The position numbers and the translations under genes were made by a program. Below the pieces are notes generated by a model that made no database searches, was not told where the DNA came from, and worked only from the letters and a program-made list of their open reading frames with translations. A stretch of DNA of 64,000 bases from an uncultured Gemmatimonadaceae bacterium. Its GTDB lineage: Bacteria; Gemmatimonadota; Gemmatimonadetes; Gemmatimonadales; Gemmatimonadaceae. This document shows, one piece after another, positions 1-9,541 of this stretch. The stretch lies in assembly GCA_963817955.1 (NCBI GenBank), contig CAWFQK010000006.1, positions 1 to 64,000 on the forward strand, in the 5' to 3' direction. How positions within the stretch are numbered: position 1 is the first letter of the stretch; the number at the start of each line of letters is the position of its first letter.

Positions 1-35
1 GCCGGTCTCCGGCGAGCCGCTCAACATCCCGATCA

Positions 36-911
36 ATGCCACGCATAGCACTTCCCAACAAAGGACGACTCGCCGACGACACACGGGAGCTGTTCACGGA
101 CGCCGGACTGGACATTCGCCTACGGGGTGATCGTGCACTGTCCGCTTCGCTCGGTGGTAGGTTCGAGGCGATCTTCGTCCGGGCTGCCGACATTCCCGAG
201 TTCGTCGCCGATGGCGCGGCCGACCTCGGCGTCACCGGATGGGATCTCGTGACCGAATCCGGGCGTGCCGTTGAGTCGCTGCTCGATCTCGAGCTCGGCC
301 AATGCCGCCTGAGCGTGGCGGTCACCGACGACAGCACCATCCAGTGCGTCGAGGACATTCCCGCCGGCTCGAGAGTTGCCACCGCGTTTCCCAATCTCAC
401 GGCGCGCTTCTTCAAGGATCTGGGATACGAGATCGGCGTGGTGCCCGTTTCCGGGGCCGCGGAGATCGCCCCGCACCTGGGCATTGCCGACATCATCGTG
501 GATCTGGTATCGACTGGCTCGACGTTGCGTGTGAATGGTCTGCGCGAAATCTCCACCGTCCTCCAATCCACCGCGCGGCTCATCGCTTCTCGGCAAACGG
601 CGGCGGACCTCGCACGCGACGACGAACAGTCGCGCGAGATATGCGGGCTCGTTGCGGCGCTCGAGTCCGTGATCCGCGCCAAGGGACAGCGCTATGTCAT
701 GGCCAATGTGCCGCGCGCGTTGCTCGATGAAGTGAAGCGCGTTCTGCCCGGGCTCGGTGGCCCCACGGTAATCGACGTGCTGAACAGCGGCGACCATGTG
801 GCCGTGCACGCTGTCGTGCCGGCCGCGAGCATCTATCACACCATCGGCAACCTGCGGGCGATCGGGGCTACGGGCATCCTGGTGACACGCATTGAAAGAC
901 TCGTTCCATGA
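36..911 (+). CDS. hisG: ATP phosphoribosyltransferase, long form
   Basis: IALPNKGRL N-terminus, DLGVTGWD, DIIVDLVSTGSTL PRPP motif, C-terminal regulatory domain (PGLGGPTV); first gene of the his operon. Confidence 0.97.
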   Translation: MPRIALPNKGRLADDTRELFTDAGLDIRLRGDRALSASLGGRFEAIFVRAADIPEFVADGAADLGVTGWDLVTESGRAVESLLDLELGQCRLSVAVTDDSTIQCVEDIPAGSRVATAFPNLTARFFKDLGYEIGVVPVSGAAEIAPHLGIADIIVDLVSTGSTLRVNGLREISTVLQSTARLIASRQTAADLARDDEQSREICGLVAALESVIRAKGQRYVMANVPRALLDEVKRVLPGLGGPTVIDVLNSGDHVAVHAVVPAASIYHTIGNLRAIGATGILVTRIERLVP

Positions 912-2206
912 CGAATTGGCTTCGCTATTCGGGCGCAGCCGCGGAGTTGTCGGCGAGTGACCGCCACGCGTTGCTGTCGCGGATCGCGCCGGGCGATGCG
1001 AACATCGCGTCCGCCACCGCCGCGGTCATCGCCGACGTGCGCGCGCGCGGCGACGCGGCACTCTACGACCTGGCGCGCACATTCGACGGCGCTGAACTCG
1101 AATCGCTCGAAGTTCCGCGACTGGCGTTAAGCCGCGCACTCGCGGCGACGCCTCTCCCGCTTCGTCGCGCATTGGAGCGGTCGGCGGCGAACATCGCGAA
1201 GGTGCACCGCGCGTTCATGCCTTCGGCAATGGAAGTGCAATCGGAACCGGGAATCATCATCGGACGACGGCCCGATCCGTTGCAGCGCGTCGGCGTGTAC
1301 GCGCCCGGCGGGCGCGCGAGCTACCCGAGCAGCGTCTTGATGGGCGCCATCCCTGCGCGCGTGGCCGGCGTTGGTGATGTCGTCCTCTGTTCGCCACCCG
1401 ATCGATCGGGGCACCCTCCGCTATCCGTGCTCGCCGCTGCCGCATTGGCCGGTGTCGATCGTGTCTTCGCGATCGGCGGTGCCGGCGCGATCGCCGCGAT
1501 GGCGATTGGAACGGAGTCAGTACCGCGCGTGGATCGCGTCGTCGGGCCGGGGAACGCGTACGTCTCGGCGGCAAAGCTCCAACTCGTCGGGGAGGTGGCC
1601 ATCGATTCGCCCGCTGGTCCCAGTGAATTGCTCGTCATTGCCGACGATTCGGCAAATCCGGATGACGTCGCGTTGGAATTGATCGCACAGGCGGAGCACG
1701 ATCCACGCGGTTGCGTGGTCGCACTCGCCATTGGCAGCGCCGCTGGTGCCATCGAGAGTGCATTGCAGCGCGCCGCGCAGCGCGCCGACCGGCGTGATGT
1801 CGTCGCGTCTGCCCTTGCCGCGCAGGGCGGAGTGCTTCGCGTCGCCACGCTCGCCGAAGCGGTTGCGCTCGCGAACGACTATGCGCCGGAACACCTCCTG
1901 CTATCGCTTCGCCAACCTGACATGGCGCTGTCGCAGGTGCGTGGCGCTGGGACGGTCTTCGTGGGTGCCTCAGCCTCGGTCCCGTTCGGCGATTACATGA
2001 CGGGCGCGAACCACGTCCTGCCCACCGGCGGCCTGGCTCGTGCCTATTCGGGTTTGTCGCCGCTCGACTTCGTGCGATGGACCACGTATCAGCGCATTGA
2101 CGTCAATGCCGCGCGGAGGTTGAGCGAGGACGTCGGCGTCTTCGCCGATGCCGAAGGTCTTCCCGGGCACGCCGCCGCCGCGCGGCGCTGGAGCAACGCG
2201 TCATGA
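908..2206 (+). CDS. hisD: histidinol dehydrogenase
   Basis: VGVYAPGGRASYPSS, GPGNAYV, IDSPAGPSE, AQAEHD, APEHL, GDYMTGANHVLPTGG, AEGLPGHA; ATGA overlap with hisG. Confidence 0.97.
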   Translation: MTNWLRYSGAAAELSASDRHALLSRIAPGDANIASATAAVIADVRARGDAALYDLARTFDGAELESLEVPRLALSRALAATPLPLRRALERSAANIAKVHRAFMPSAMEVQSEPGIIIGRRPDPLQRVGVYAPGGRASYPSSVLMGAIPARVAGVGDVVLCSPPDRSGHPPLSVLAAAALAGVDRVFAIGGAGAIAAMAIGTESVPRVDRVVGPGNAYVSAAKLQLVGEVAIDSPAGPSELLVIADDSANPDDVALELIAQAEHDPRGCVVALAIGSAAGAIESALQRAAQRADRRDVVASALAAQGGVLRVATLAEAVALANDYAPEHLLLSLRQPDMALSQVRGAGTVFVGASASVPFGDYMTGANHVLPTGGLARAYSGLSPLDFVRWTTYQRIDVNAARRLSEDVGVFADAEGLPGHAAAARRWSNAS

Positions 2207-3297
2207 GCGAACTGACGGACACTCATCTACCGCGCACGCGCGCCGCATACCGGGATATCGATCTCTACGCGCCCGATCGGCGTCCATCACCGGTGGACCT
2301 GAGCGACAACACCAATAGATGGGGAGTGCCGCCCGCCGCGTTGCGCGCAGTCCGGGAGGCGCCGGAGGAGGTCACCGCGCGATACCCGGACCTGTATGCA
2401 TCGCCGCTCAAGCACGCCCTGGCCGCGTACGCTGGCGTCGAACCGGAAATGATCGTGACCGGCTGCGGCTCCGACGACGTCCTCGACTCGGCAATCCGCG
2501 CCTTTGCCGAACCGGGCACGCGTATCATGATGCCCGAGCCGTCATTTCCGATGATCCCGATCTTCGCGCGGATGAACGGTCTCGAGCTCGGGTTCACGCC
2601 GCTGACGGTGAACTTTGATGTATCCGTGGAGTCGATAACCGAGGGAGATCCGCGAGTCATATATATCTGTTCACCGAACAATCCCACCGGCACCGTCGCG
2701 CCGCATGCAACGGTCGAGCGTGTGCTGGCGACCACCCAAGCACTGCTGATCGTCGACGAAGCCTACGTGGAATACAGTGGCGAGAGTGTGGTCGACCTGC
2801 TGCCGCGGTATCCGCGACTCCTCATCGTCCGCACCATGTCCAAGGCGTTTGGTCTCGCGGGCATGCGCGTCGGATATGCGCTTGGCACGCCGCGCGTCGT
2901 GGCCGAAGTGGAGAAGTCCCGCGGACCGTACAAGATCAATGCGCTCGCCGAGCGCGCCGCGATTGCCGCGTTGACCCAGGACCGCGAGTGGGTGCGCGAC
3001 CGGATTGCGATGGCCGTGGAAAGCCGGGAGCTGCTGACGCGCCAGCTCACATCGCGCGGGCTTCAGGTGGCGCCGTCGGCGGCGAACTTCGTCTTCGCCC
3101 CCATCGCGAACGCAACGGCGATTGCGCTCACGATGCGCAAGGCCGGCGTGGCCGTGCGGGCGTTCGAAGGATTGCCGGCCATCACCCCTGAGCTCGCGGC
3201 GGCGAACGGCTCGGCCCTTCGTATCACGGCAGGCCCGCGGCCCGACATTGAAACCATGCTCGCCGCACTCGATGAGGCGATACGAGTATGCGCATAA
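2203..3297 (+). CDS. hisC: histidinol-phosphate aminotransferase
   Basis: CSPNNPTG, VDEAYVEY, RTMSKAFGLAGMRVGY PLP-lysine motif; operon context. Confidence 0.95.
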   Translation: MSELTDTHLPRTRAAYRDIDLYAPDRRPSPVDLSDNTNRWGVPPAALRAVREAPEEVTARYPDLYASPLKHALAAYAGVEPEMIVTGCGSDDVLDSAIRAFAEPGTRIMMPEPSFPMIPIFARMNGLELGFTPLTVNFDVSVESITEGDPRVIYICSPNNPTGTVAPHATVERVLATTQALLIVDEAYVEYSGESVVDLLPRYPRLLIVRTMSKAFGLAGMRVGYALGTPRVVAEVEKSRGPYKINALAERAAIAALTQDREWVRDRIAMAVESRELLTRQLTSRGLQVAPSAANFVFAPIANATAIALTMRKAGVAVRAFEGLPAITPELAAANGSALRITAGPRPDIETMLAALDEAIRVCA

Positions 3298-3884
3298 CGA
3301 TGTTCGACTACGGCGCAGGCAACCTACACTCTCTCGGCAAGGCACTCGCGGTGTGTGGCGACGACGTGGTGGCTGACACCGATCCTGTTCGTTGTCTGGA
3401 CACGGACGTTCTCGTGCTTCCTGGCGTCGGCGCGTTCGCGCACGCAGCGGCGCGCCTGGCCCCGGGGCGCGAGGCCATGCGCGAGGCCATGCGCGCCGGC
3501 CTGCCGACGATCGGAATTTGTCTCGGCATGCAGCTCTTTTTCGAAGCGAGCGATGAAGGCTCGGGGTCAGGACTTGGCGTGCTTGCCGGCCGAGTGACTC
3601 GACTGAACGCCAAACGCATTCCGCAAATCGGGTGGAACTCCCTGGAGGATGGTGGCGACTCGTTGCTGCAAGCCGCACCACTCGAGACCGTGTATTACGC
3701 AAACTCATATGTTGCACGGCCGCGTGACGACACGGCGGTCATCGCCTGGACCACCCACGAGACTGATCGCTTCCCGGCCGTCGTGCGCGTGCATCGCGCG
3801 ATAGGCATTCAGTTTCATCCTGAGAAGAGCTCGGCGCCCGGCGTGCGCTTTCTGGCCGCCGCGCTCTCGCAGTGCACGCGATGA
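3288..3884 (+). CDS. hisH: imidazole glycerol phosphate synthase, glutamine amidotransferase subunit
   Basis: DYGAGNL, LPGVGAF, GICLGMQ nucleophile motif, QFHPEKS. Confidence 0.96.
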   Translation: MRITMFDYGAGNLHSLGKALAVCGDDVVADTDPVRCLDTDVLVLPGVGAFAHAAARLAPGREAMREAMRAGLPTIGICLGMQLFFEASDEGSGSGLGVLAGRVTRLNAKRIPQIGWNSLEDGGDSLLQAAPLETVYYANSYVARPRDDTAVIAWTTHETDRFPAVVRVHRAIGIQFHPEKSSAPGVRFLAAALSQCTR

Positions 3885-4594
3885 TTGCCATCCCGGCAGT
3901 GGACCTGCGCGGCGGTGCCTGCGTGCAACTCATCGGCGGCTCGTTCGATGCGGAACGCCTTCGTCTCGACGATCCGGCGGCCGTCGCACGTGGCTGGGTG
4001 GAGATGGGCTTTGCACGCTTGCACGTGGTGGACCTCGACGCGGCGATGGGGACTGCGTCGAACGCGCCAATCGTCGAGGAGATCCTGGCCAGTTCTTCTG
4101 CGCAGGTGCAAGTGGGCGGCGGAGTGCGCTCCTCGGACCGGATCGATGAACTGATCGCCGCCGGCGCGGCTGGCATCATCGTTGGCACCCGAGCCATCGA
4201 GGATCCGGCATGGTTGGCGGAACAGGCAGTCCGCCATCCCAATCGCATCGTCGTCGCAGCGGACGTGCGTGGTCGGAGAGTCTCCGTGCGCGGCTGGACG
4301 CACACGCTGGAGAACGACGTCATCGACGTCGCCCAATCACTCCGCGGGCTCCCGATCGCCGGGTTGCTCGTGACGGCCGTTGATGTGGAGGGGCAGATGC
4401 GCGGTCCGGCACTGGCACTCACAGCAGATGTCGCGAGGGCGACGACTATCCCGGTCATCGCATCTGGCGGCATCGGCAGCTTGGCCGACCTGCGCGCGCT
4501 GGCCGATTGTGGCGCGGCAGCCGCTGTCATCGGCATGGCGCTATACACAAACACCATCGACGCGCGCGAAGTCGCGCGGGAGTTCTCAGCATGA
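3881..4594 (+). CDS. hisA: ProFAR isomerase
   Basis: IPAVDLRGG, LHVVDLDAA, QVGGGVR, ASGGI; ATG 3881 overlaps the hisH stop (ATGA). Confidence 0.95.
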   Translation: MIAIPAVDLRGGACVQLIGGSFDAERLRLDDPAAVARGWVEMGFARLHVVDLDAAMGTASNAPIVEEILASSSAQVQVGGGVRSSDRIDELIAAGAAGIIVGTRAIEDPAWLAEQAVRHPNRIVVAADVRGRRVSVRGWTHTLENDVIDVAQSLRGLPIAGLLVTAVDVEGQMRGPALALTADVARATTIPVIASGGIGSLADLRALADCGAAAAVIGMALYTNTIDAREVAREFSA

Positions 4595-5130
4595 CGGTCA
4601 TCGTTCGCGAGACTCGCGAGACACGCATTCGCGCCGAAAGCGTCGCGGACCCTTCGGCGACAGCAGTCGACACGTCCGTTCCCTTCCTCGATCACATGCT
4701 GATCACACTTGCCCGGTACGCGGGGATCGGCCTTGTTGTGAATGCGCAGGGCGACCTGCGCCACCACATTGTGGAGGACGTGGCGATCTGCACCGGCAAA
4801 GCGCTGGCGCTGTTTGCACCTGAGGCCTGCGCGCGTTACGGTGATCGCACCGTCCCAATGGACGATGCCCTCGTGCAATGCGCGCTCGATATCGGCGGTC
4901 GCCCCTACTACCAAGGGCCGCTGCCAAGCACGCTGTACGACCACTGGATGCGTTCATTCGCTGACAGTGCCGGGGCCGCGTTGCACATTCGCGTGCTGCG
5001 CGGTCGCGACCGGCATCACATTGTGGAAGCCGCATTCAAGGCGCTGGGTCTCGCCATGCGCGACGCGTTGCGTCAGACCGAAGAAGTGTTCAGCACCAAA
5101 GGAGCGGCATCGTTCCGAACGGATCCATGA
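4591..5130 (+). CDS. hisB: imidazoleglycerol-phosphate dehydratase (short, monofunctional)
   Basis: RETRET, FLDHML, HHIVED, PMDDAL, HHIVEAAFKALG, STKG; ATG 4591 overlaps the hisA stop. Confidence 0.93.
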   Translation: MTVIVRETRETRIRAESVADPSATAVDTSVPFLDHMLITLARYAGIGLVVNAQGDLRHHIVEDVAICTGKALALFAPEACARYGDRTVPMDDALVQCALDIGGRPYYQGPLPSTLYDHWMRSFADSAGAALHIRVLRGRDRHHIVEAAFKALGLAMRDALRQTEEVFSTKGAASFRTDP

Positions 5131-5897
5131 CTCTCACGCGCCGGGTCATCGCCTGCTTGGACGTCGCCGGCGGTCGCGTCGTCAAAGGCACCGCCTTTGT
5201 CGATCTGCGCGATGTCGGCGACGCGGTCGAGTTGGCCCAACAATATGAGCGGGATGGCGCCGACGAGATCGTCTTCCTCGACATCTCGGCCAGTCCGGAA
5301 GAGCGTGGCACGCTGCTCGGACTCGTCCTCCGAACCGCCGAATGCCTGTTCATTCCGTTGACGATCGGGGGCGGCGTGCGGAGCGCCGATGATGTGGGGC
5401 GAGTGTTGCGCGCCGGAGCAGATAAGGTCAGCATCAATTCTGCCGCGGTGCAGCGTCCACAGCTGCTCACCGAATCCGCCGAGCGATTTGGCTCGCAATG
5501 CGTTGTGGTGAGCATCGACGCGAAGCGAAGCGTGACTGGAGGTTGGGGGGTGTACGTCCGCGGGGGGCGGCAAGCCACGGGACTGGACGCGGTCGCGTGG
5601 GCCGAAGAGTGCGTCTCGCGGGGGGCCGGCGAAATTCTGCTCACGAGCATCGATCGCGACGGCGCACGTTCGGGGTATGACATCGAGTTGACGCGTACGA
5701 TCGCCACCGCCGTACACGTACCCGTGGTCGCGTCTGGAGGCGCAGGCAGCCCGGCAGACGTCGCCGACGTGCTGATGCAATCGTCGGCCGACGCGGCGCT
5801 CGTCGCGGGCATCTTGCACGACCGCACCACATCGGTGGGAGCAATCAAGGCGCTGCTCGAGGGCGAGGGTATTCCGATTCGCCGGAGGGTCGCATGA
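5127..5897 (+). CDS. hisF: imidazole glycerol phosphate synthase, cyclase subunit
   Basis: RRVIACLDV, GADEIVFLDISAS, GADKVSINSAA, GEILLTSIDRDG, ASGGAG. Confidence 0.97.
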   Translation: MTLTRRVIACLDVAGGRVVKGTAFVDLRDVGDAVELAQQYERDGADEIVFLDISASPEERGTLLGLVLRTAECLFIPLTIGGGVRSADDVGRVLRAGADKVSINSAAVQRPQLLTESAERFGSQCVVVSIDAKRSVTGGWGVYVRGGRQATGLDAVAWAEECVSRGAGEILLTSIDRDGARSGYDIELTRTIATAVHVPVVASGGAGSPADVADVLMQSSADAALVAGILHDRTTSVGAIKALLEGEGIPIRRRVA

Positions 5898-6688
5898 GTG
5901 AACGCGCACAGTTGCTAGAGGCAGTCGCTGATGTCGCGAAGCTTACCGGCGATACGGCCAACGGATACTTCAGGTCATCAGTCACCGTTGAGGAGAAGGC
6001 CGACGGCTCGCCGGTGACCATCGCCGACCGGTCCGCCGAGCAGGCGGCGCGCGACTGGATCGCGCGGCGCTTTCCGTCCGACGGTATCGTCGGTGAAGAG
6101 ATGGGCACGCGCGGCGAGGCCGGGGCGCGCCGCTGGATCATCGATCCCATCGATGGCACGAAGAGTTTCATTCATGGCGTGCCGTTGTGGGGCACGCTGA
6201 TCGCCGTGGCACAGGGCAACGACATTCTCGCCGGCGCGGCATATCTTCCGGCCCTCGGCGAGCTGCTCTGCGCCGCTCCAGAGCTGGGTTGCTGGTGGAA
6301 CGGAACACGCGCCCGAGTTTCAACTGTCTCGCGCGTCGCCCAGTCAACGGTGTTGACGACCGACGAGACGTTCGCGGCCGCGCCCACGCGGCGGGACGCG
6401 TGGCGCCGGCTCAGCCATACGGCACGTCTCGCCCGATCGTGGGGCGACTGCTACGGCTACCTCCTCGTGGCCACTGGCCGCGCCGAGGTAATGGTCGATG
6501 GAATTCTGGCCGATTGGGATGCGGCCGCTCTGTTGCCAGCGATCAGCGAAGCCGGCGGTGTCTTCACCGATTGGTCCGGCAAGGCAACTGCGTTCGGCCA
6601 CAGTGCCATTGCGACCAACATGGCCGTGGCCGCGGAAGCGCGCGCCCTGCTCGCCAATGACAATGACAAATCACTCACCGACTCATGA
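5894..6688 (+). CDS. hisN: histidinol-phosphatase, inositol monophosphatase family
   Basis: [39 protein letters not shown]; lies inside the his operon. Confidence 0.9.
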   Translation: MSERAQLLEAVADVAKLTGDTANGYFRSSVTVEEKADGSPVTIADRSAEQAARDWIARRFPSDGIVGEEMGTRGEAGARRWIIDPIDGTKSFIHGVPLWGTLIAVAQGNDILAGAAYLPALGELLCAAPELGCWWNGTRARVSTVSRVAQSTVLTTDETFAAAPTRRDAWRRLSHTARLARSWGDCYGYLLVATGRAEVMVDGILADWDAAALLPAISEAGGVFTDWSGKATAFGHSAIATNMAVAAEARALLANDNDKSLTDS

Positions 6689-7314
6689 CCACGTTGCGCG
6701 CGCGCCAGGACCTCGACGCACTGAATTTCACCAAGGGCGGCGGATTGGTGACCGTCGTCGCGCAGGACGCCAGATCGCGAGAGGTACTCATGGTAGCGCA
6801 CGCCGATCGGGAGGCGCTGGAGCGCACACTGGCAACCGGTGAAATGCACTATCGGTCACGCTCCCGCGGCCTGTGGCACAAGGGCGAAACGAGCGGCAAC
6901 GTGCAACGTGTGATCGCGCTCCACTTCGATTGCGACGCCGACGCCGTCCTCGCGCTCATCGAACCGGGGGGACCAGCATGTCATACCGGCGATCGAAGCT
7001 GCTTTGGTGATGCCGCGACCGCGCCCATCATGGAGACGCTCGATCGCCTCGACACCACCATCCAGGCTCGCGCGGCCGACGACTCGGACGCGCACGCCAA
7101 CAGTTACACGCGGCGGCTGCTCGGCGACCGCAACCTGCGCCTCAAGAAGCTCGGCGAAGAGGCAGTCGAGTTGGCTGTTGCCTGCGCCGATGGATCGGCC
7201 GAGCGCGCCGCGAGCGAGGCGGCGGACCTCCTATATCACATGCTCGTAGCGCTGCGTGCCGTCGGCGTCGGATTGAACGAGGTGCGCATGGTGCTCGAGC
7301 AACGGGCGCGGTAA
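6685..7314 (+). CDS. hisIE: bifunctional phosphoribosyl-AMP cyclohydrolase / phosphoribosyl-ATP pyrophosphatase
   Basis: [31 protein letters not shown], then KKLGEEAVE and EAADLLYH. Confidence 0.96.
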   Translation: MTTLRARQDLDALNFTKGGGLVTVVAQDARSREVLMVAHADREALERTLATGEMHYRSRSRGLWHKGETSGNVQRVIALHFDCDADAVLALIEPGGPACHTGDRSCFGDAATAPIMETLDRLDTTIQARAADDSDAHANSYTRRLLGDRNLRLKKLGEEAVELAVACADGSAERAASEAADLLYHMLVALRAVGVGLNEVRMVLEQRAR

Positions 7315-7347
7315 GTCCGCGGGCAGAAGGGCAGGCGCGCGGGACCG

Positions 7348-7513
7348 CTGGCTCGCAAGCTACTCTCGCCGGCCGGTGCAGCGTGGATTGGACTCCGCGT
7401 CGTGGACCGGCTGGATGTCGCTGGCTGCTCCGTAGCGGTCAGCCCACCGGTCGGCGAGTTCCGAGTTGCCAGTTGTGAGTTGTGCGTTGTGAGTTTCTCG
7501 TGTCTCGTGTCTC
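7348..7513. repeat. composite dispersed intergenic repeat (modules C-A-B) ending in eight 7-bp units
   Basis: 7376-7438 matches the reverse complement of 26881-26943 at 59/63 nt; 7447-7493 matches 26781-26827 at 41/47; 7348-7376 matches 26760-26788 at 23/29; heptamers GTTCCGA GTTGCCA GTTGTGA GTTGTGC GTTGTGA GTTTCTC GTGTCTC GTGTCTC at 7458-7513. Confidence 0.9.
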
Positions 7514-8869
7514 TTACGCCACCGCGCGCTTTCGCCAGAACTGGAACACGATCACTCCGAGTGCGAGAATCGCCACTCCGATACCGGCATTGCGCGGGTA
7601 CTGGACGACGGTCGTCAGCGACACGCTCCAGCAGGCGATCACGAAGACGAGGGTCGTCAACGGGTGCCAGGGAACGCGCACCACGTCCTTCTCCTCTGTG
7701 CCCGCCCGCCGTTCGCGCGCACGGAACACGAGCAGCGATGCACCGGTGAGACCGAAGAACAACACGTCGATCGCCACGACGTAGTTCAGAATCTGATCGT
7801 ACTTGCCGGTGAGCGCGATGACTGCCGCCCACACTCCTTGCAGCACGATGGCGACGATCGGCACGCGTGTCCGGGCATTCAGCGTCCCCACAGCCTTGAA
7901 GAAGACGCCGTCGCGCGCCATCGCGTAGTAGACGCGCGGCGCCGTGAGAATGCTCTGGCTCAAAAACCCCACGGTGGAGATCGCGATACCGAGCGCGATG
8001 AGCCGCGCTCCACGCTCACCGAGTGCCCGCCGCATGACTTCGGAGGCGGGTGTGTTCGTGTTCGCGAGACCGTCGACGCCGAGCACGCGCAGACAGACGA
8101 ACGTCACCGCGAGATAGAGGACGATCACGCCCACGACACCGATCAACAATCCGCGCGGCAGATCGCGACGCGGATTGCGCATCTCGCCGCTCACGAAGCT
8201 CGCCGTCTGCCAGCCACCGTATGCGAAGAGCACCGGCACCATTGCAGTCGCCAGACCCACGGCGCCACCGGACGGTGCCGGCGCAGCCGCGGCAATCATC
8301 GGAGCGGGCCTCACGAGAATCACGCCGACTCCGATCAGCAGCGCGATCGCCGCGAGCTTGGTGAGCATCAGGGCGCTCTGTACGTTGCTCCCCGCGCGAA
8401 CGCCAAGGCAGTTCACGATCGTGAGCGTCGCGAGCGTGACGGCGGCGACCAGTTGTTCGGGAACACCGAAACCGGTCAGTTCGCGGAAGTACCGTCCGAA
8501 GATGATTGCCGCTCCGGCCATGCCTCCTGTCTGGACGACGAGCAGCAGCGTCCATCCGTACAGGAAGGCGACGATCGGGTGATACGCGTCGCGCAAGTAC
8601 GCATACTGTCCGCCCGCCCGTGGCCGCAGCACGGCGAGCTCGGCGTACACGAACGCGCCGATCAGCGCGATCGCTCCGCCAATGCACCATGCGCCGAGCA
8701 CGAGACCGGGGGTATGGACCTGCCGGGCGACGACGCTCGGGTTGACGAAAATGCCGGCGCCAATGATGCCGCCCATCACGATCATCGTCGCATCGAATGG
8801 ACCGAGGCGACGGGCGAGGGTGGGCTGGTCGGTGACCGCTACGGCGTCGTCTCCGGCAAGGCTGCGCAT
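7514..8869 (-). CDS. APC-family amino acid permease
   Basis: GGIIGAGIF TM1 motif, YAELA..P.AGGQY, FAYGGW, EMRNP.R.LPR, about 12 hydrophobic segments; exact start uncertain. Confidence 0.9.
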   Translation of the reverse strand: MRSLAGDDAVAVTDQPTLARRLGPFDATMIVMGGIIGAGIFVNPSVVARQVHTPGLVLGAWCIGGAIALIGAFVYAELAVLRPRAGGQYAYLRDAYHPIVAFLYGWTLLLVVQTGGMAGAAIIFGRYFRELTGFGVPEQLVAAVTLATLTIVNCLGVRAGSNVQSALMLTKLAAIALLIGVGVILVRPAPMIAAAAPAPSGGAVGLATAMVPVLFAYGGWQTASFVSGEMRNPRRDLPRGLLIGVVGVIVLYLAVTFVCLRVLGVDGLANTNTPASEVMRRALGERGARLIALGIAISTVGFLSQSILTAPRVYYAMARDGVFFKAVGTLNARTRVPIVAIVLQGVWAAVIALTGKYDQILNYVVAIDVLFFGLTGASLLVFRARERRAGTEEKDVVRVPWHPLTTLVFVIACWSVSLTTVVQYPRNAGIGVAILALGVIVFQFWRKRAVA

Positions 8870-8921
8870 CGCACCATATTACAGCGCCAGGCCCCCGCGC
8901 GCAGGCATTTGAGAGCGCTCC

Positions 8922-8949
8922 GAACCCTTTTCGGGATCGTCGCATCTAA
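8922..8949 (+). promoter_or_regulatory. putative ECF sigma-dependent (autoregulatory) promoter
   Basis: GAACCC-N17-TCTAA, resembling sigmaE-type -35 GAAC / -10 TCTRA, 10 nt upstream of the ECF sigma start GTG. Confidence 0.55.
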
Positions 8950-8959
8950 CCAGCAACAC

Positions 8960-9541
8960 GTGACCAAATCAGTTGCTGCCCTCCCGACCACCTACGGGGT
9001 GAGCGAACCCGATCTCATCCATCGGGTCCTTGCCGGAGACCGGATCGCCGCGCGCGAGCTGTACGACGCGCACGCGCCCCGGGTCTATCGCCTCGCCTTT
9101 CGGTTGACGGGAGATGCTGATCTGGCGCGGGAGTTCACACAGGACACGTTCGTGCGCGCTTTCAGTCAGTTGTCCCGCTTTCGCGGGGACTCGGCGCTCT
9201 CCACCTGGCTGCATCGCATCACCATCACCGTGGTGGCGAACGCAATGCGCAAGGTGAAGCGGTTCAGGGAACGGGAGACGGACCTCGAGGACGTCCACCC
9301 CGTTCGTTCGGACGGCACGGGCGCAGATCCCGTGTTGCGCGAGCGCCTGCACCGGGCGATCGACGGCCTGACGGAGATTTATCGCACCACCCTGATCATG
9401 CACGACGTGGAAGGCTATACCCATACCGAGATCGCTGAAGTGCTTGGCGTGGCGGAAGGAACCTGCAAGAGCCGTCTGTCGCAGGCGCGCGCCCAGTTGC
9501 GGGCCGTGCTCGCCGACCTGGCACCGGAGTTGGAATCATGA
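8960..9541 (+). CDS. ECF-type RNA polymerase sigma factor
   Basis: Region 2 (DLAREFTQDTFVRAF...FRGDSALSTWLHRI) and region 4 (HDVEGYTHTEIAEVLGVAEGTCKSRLSQAR); start GTG 8960 or 8999, being the 3' part of ORF 7664..9541. Confidence 0.93.
   Translation: MTKSVAALPTTYGVSEPDLIHRVLAGDRIAARELYDAHAPRVYRLAFRLTGDADLAREFTQDTFVRAFSQLSRFRGDSALSTWLHRITITVVANAMRKVKRFRERETDLEDVHPVRSDGTGADPVLRERLHRAIDGLTEIYRTTLIMHDVEGYTHTEIAEVLGVAEGTCKSRLSQARAQLRAVLADLAPELES

Noticed and set aside
1..35. his leader peptide or attenuator
   Set aside because: Only 35 nt of upstream sequence are visible and there is no His-codon run.
7664..8959. N-terminal 430 aa extension of the ECF sigma ORF (625 aa)
   Set aside because: It is the antisense shadow of the APC permease; the sigma domain and promoter point to a start at 8960 or 8999.
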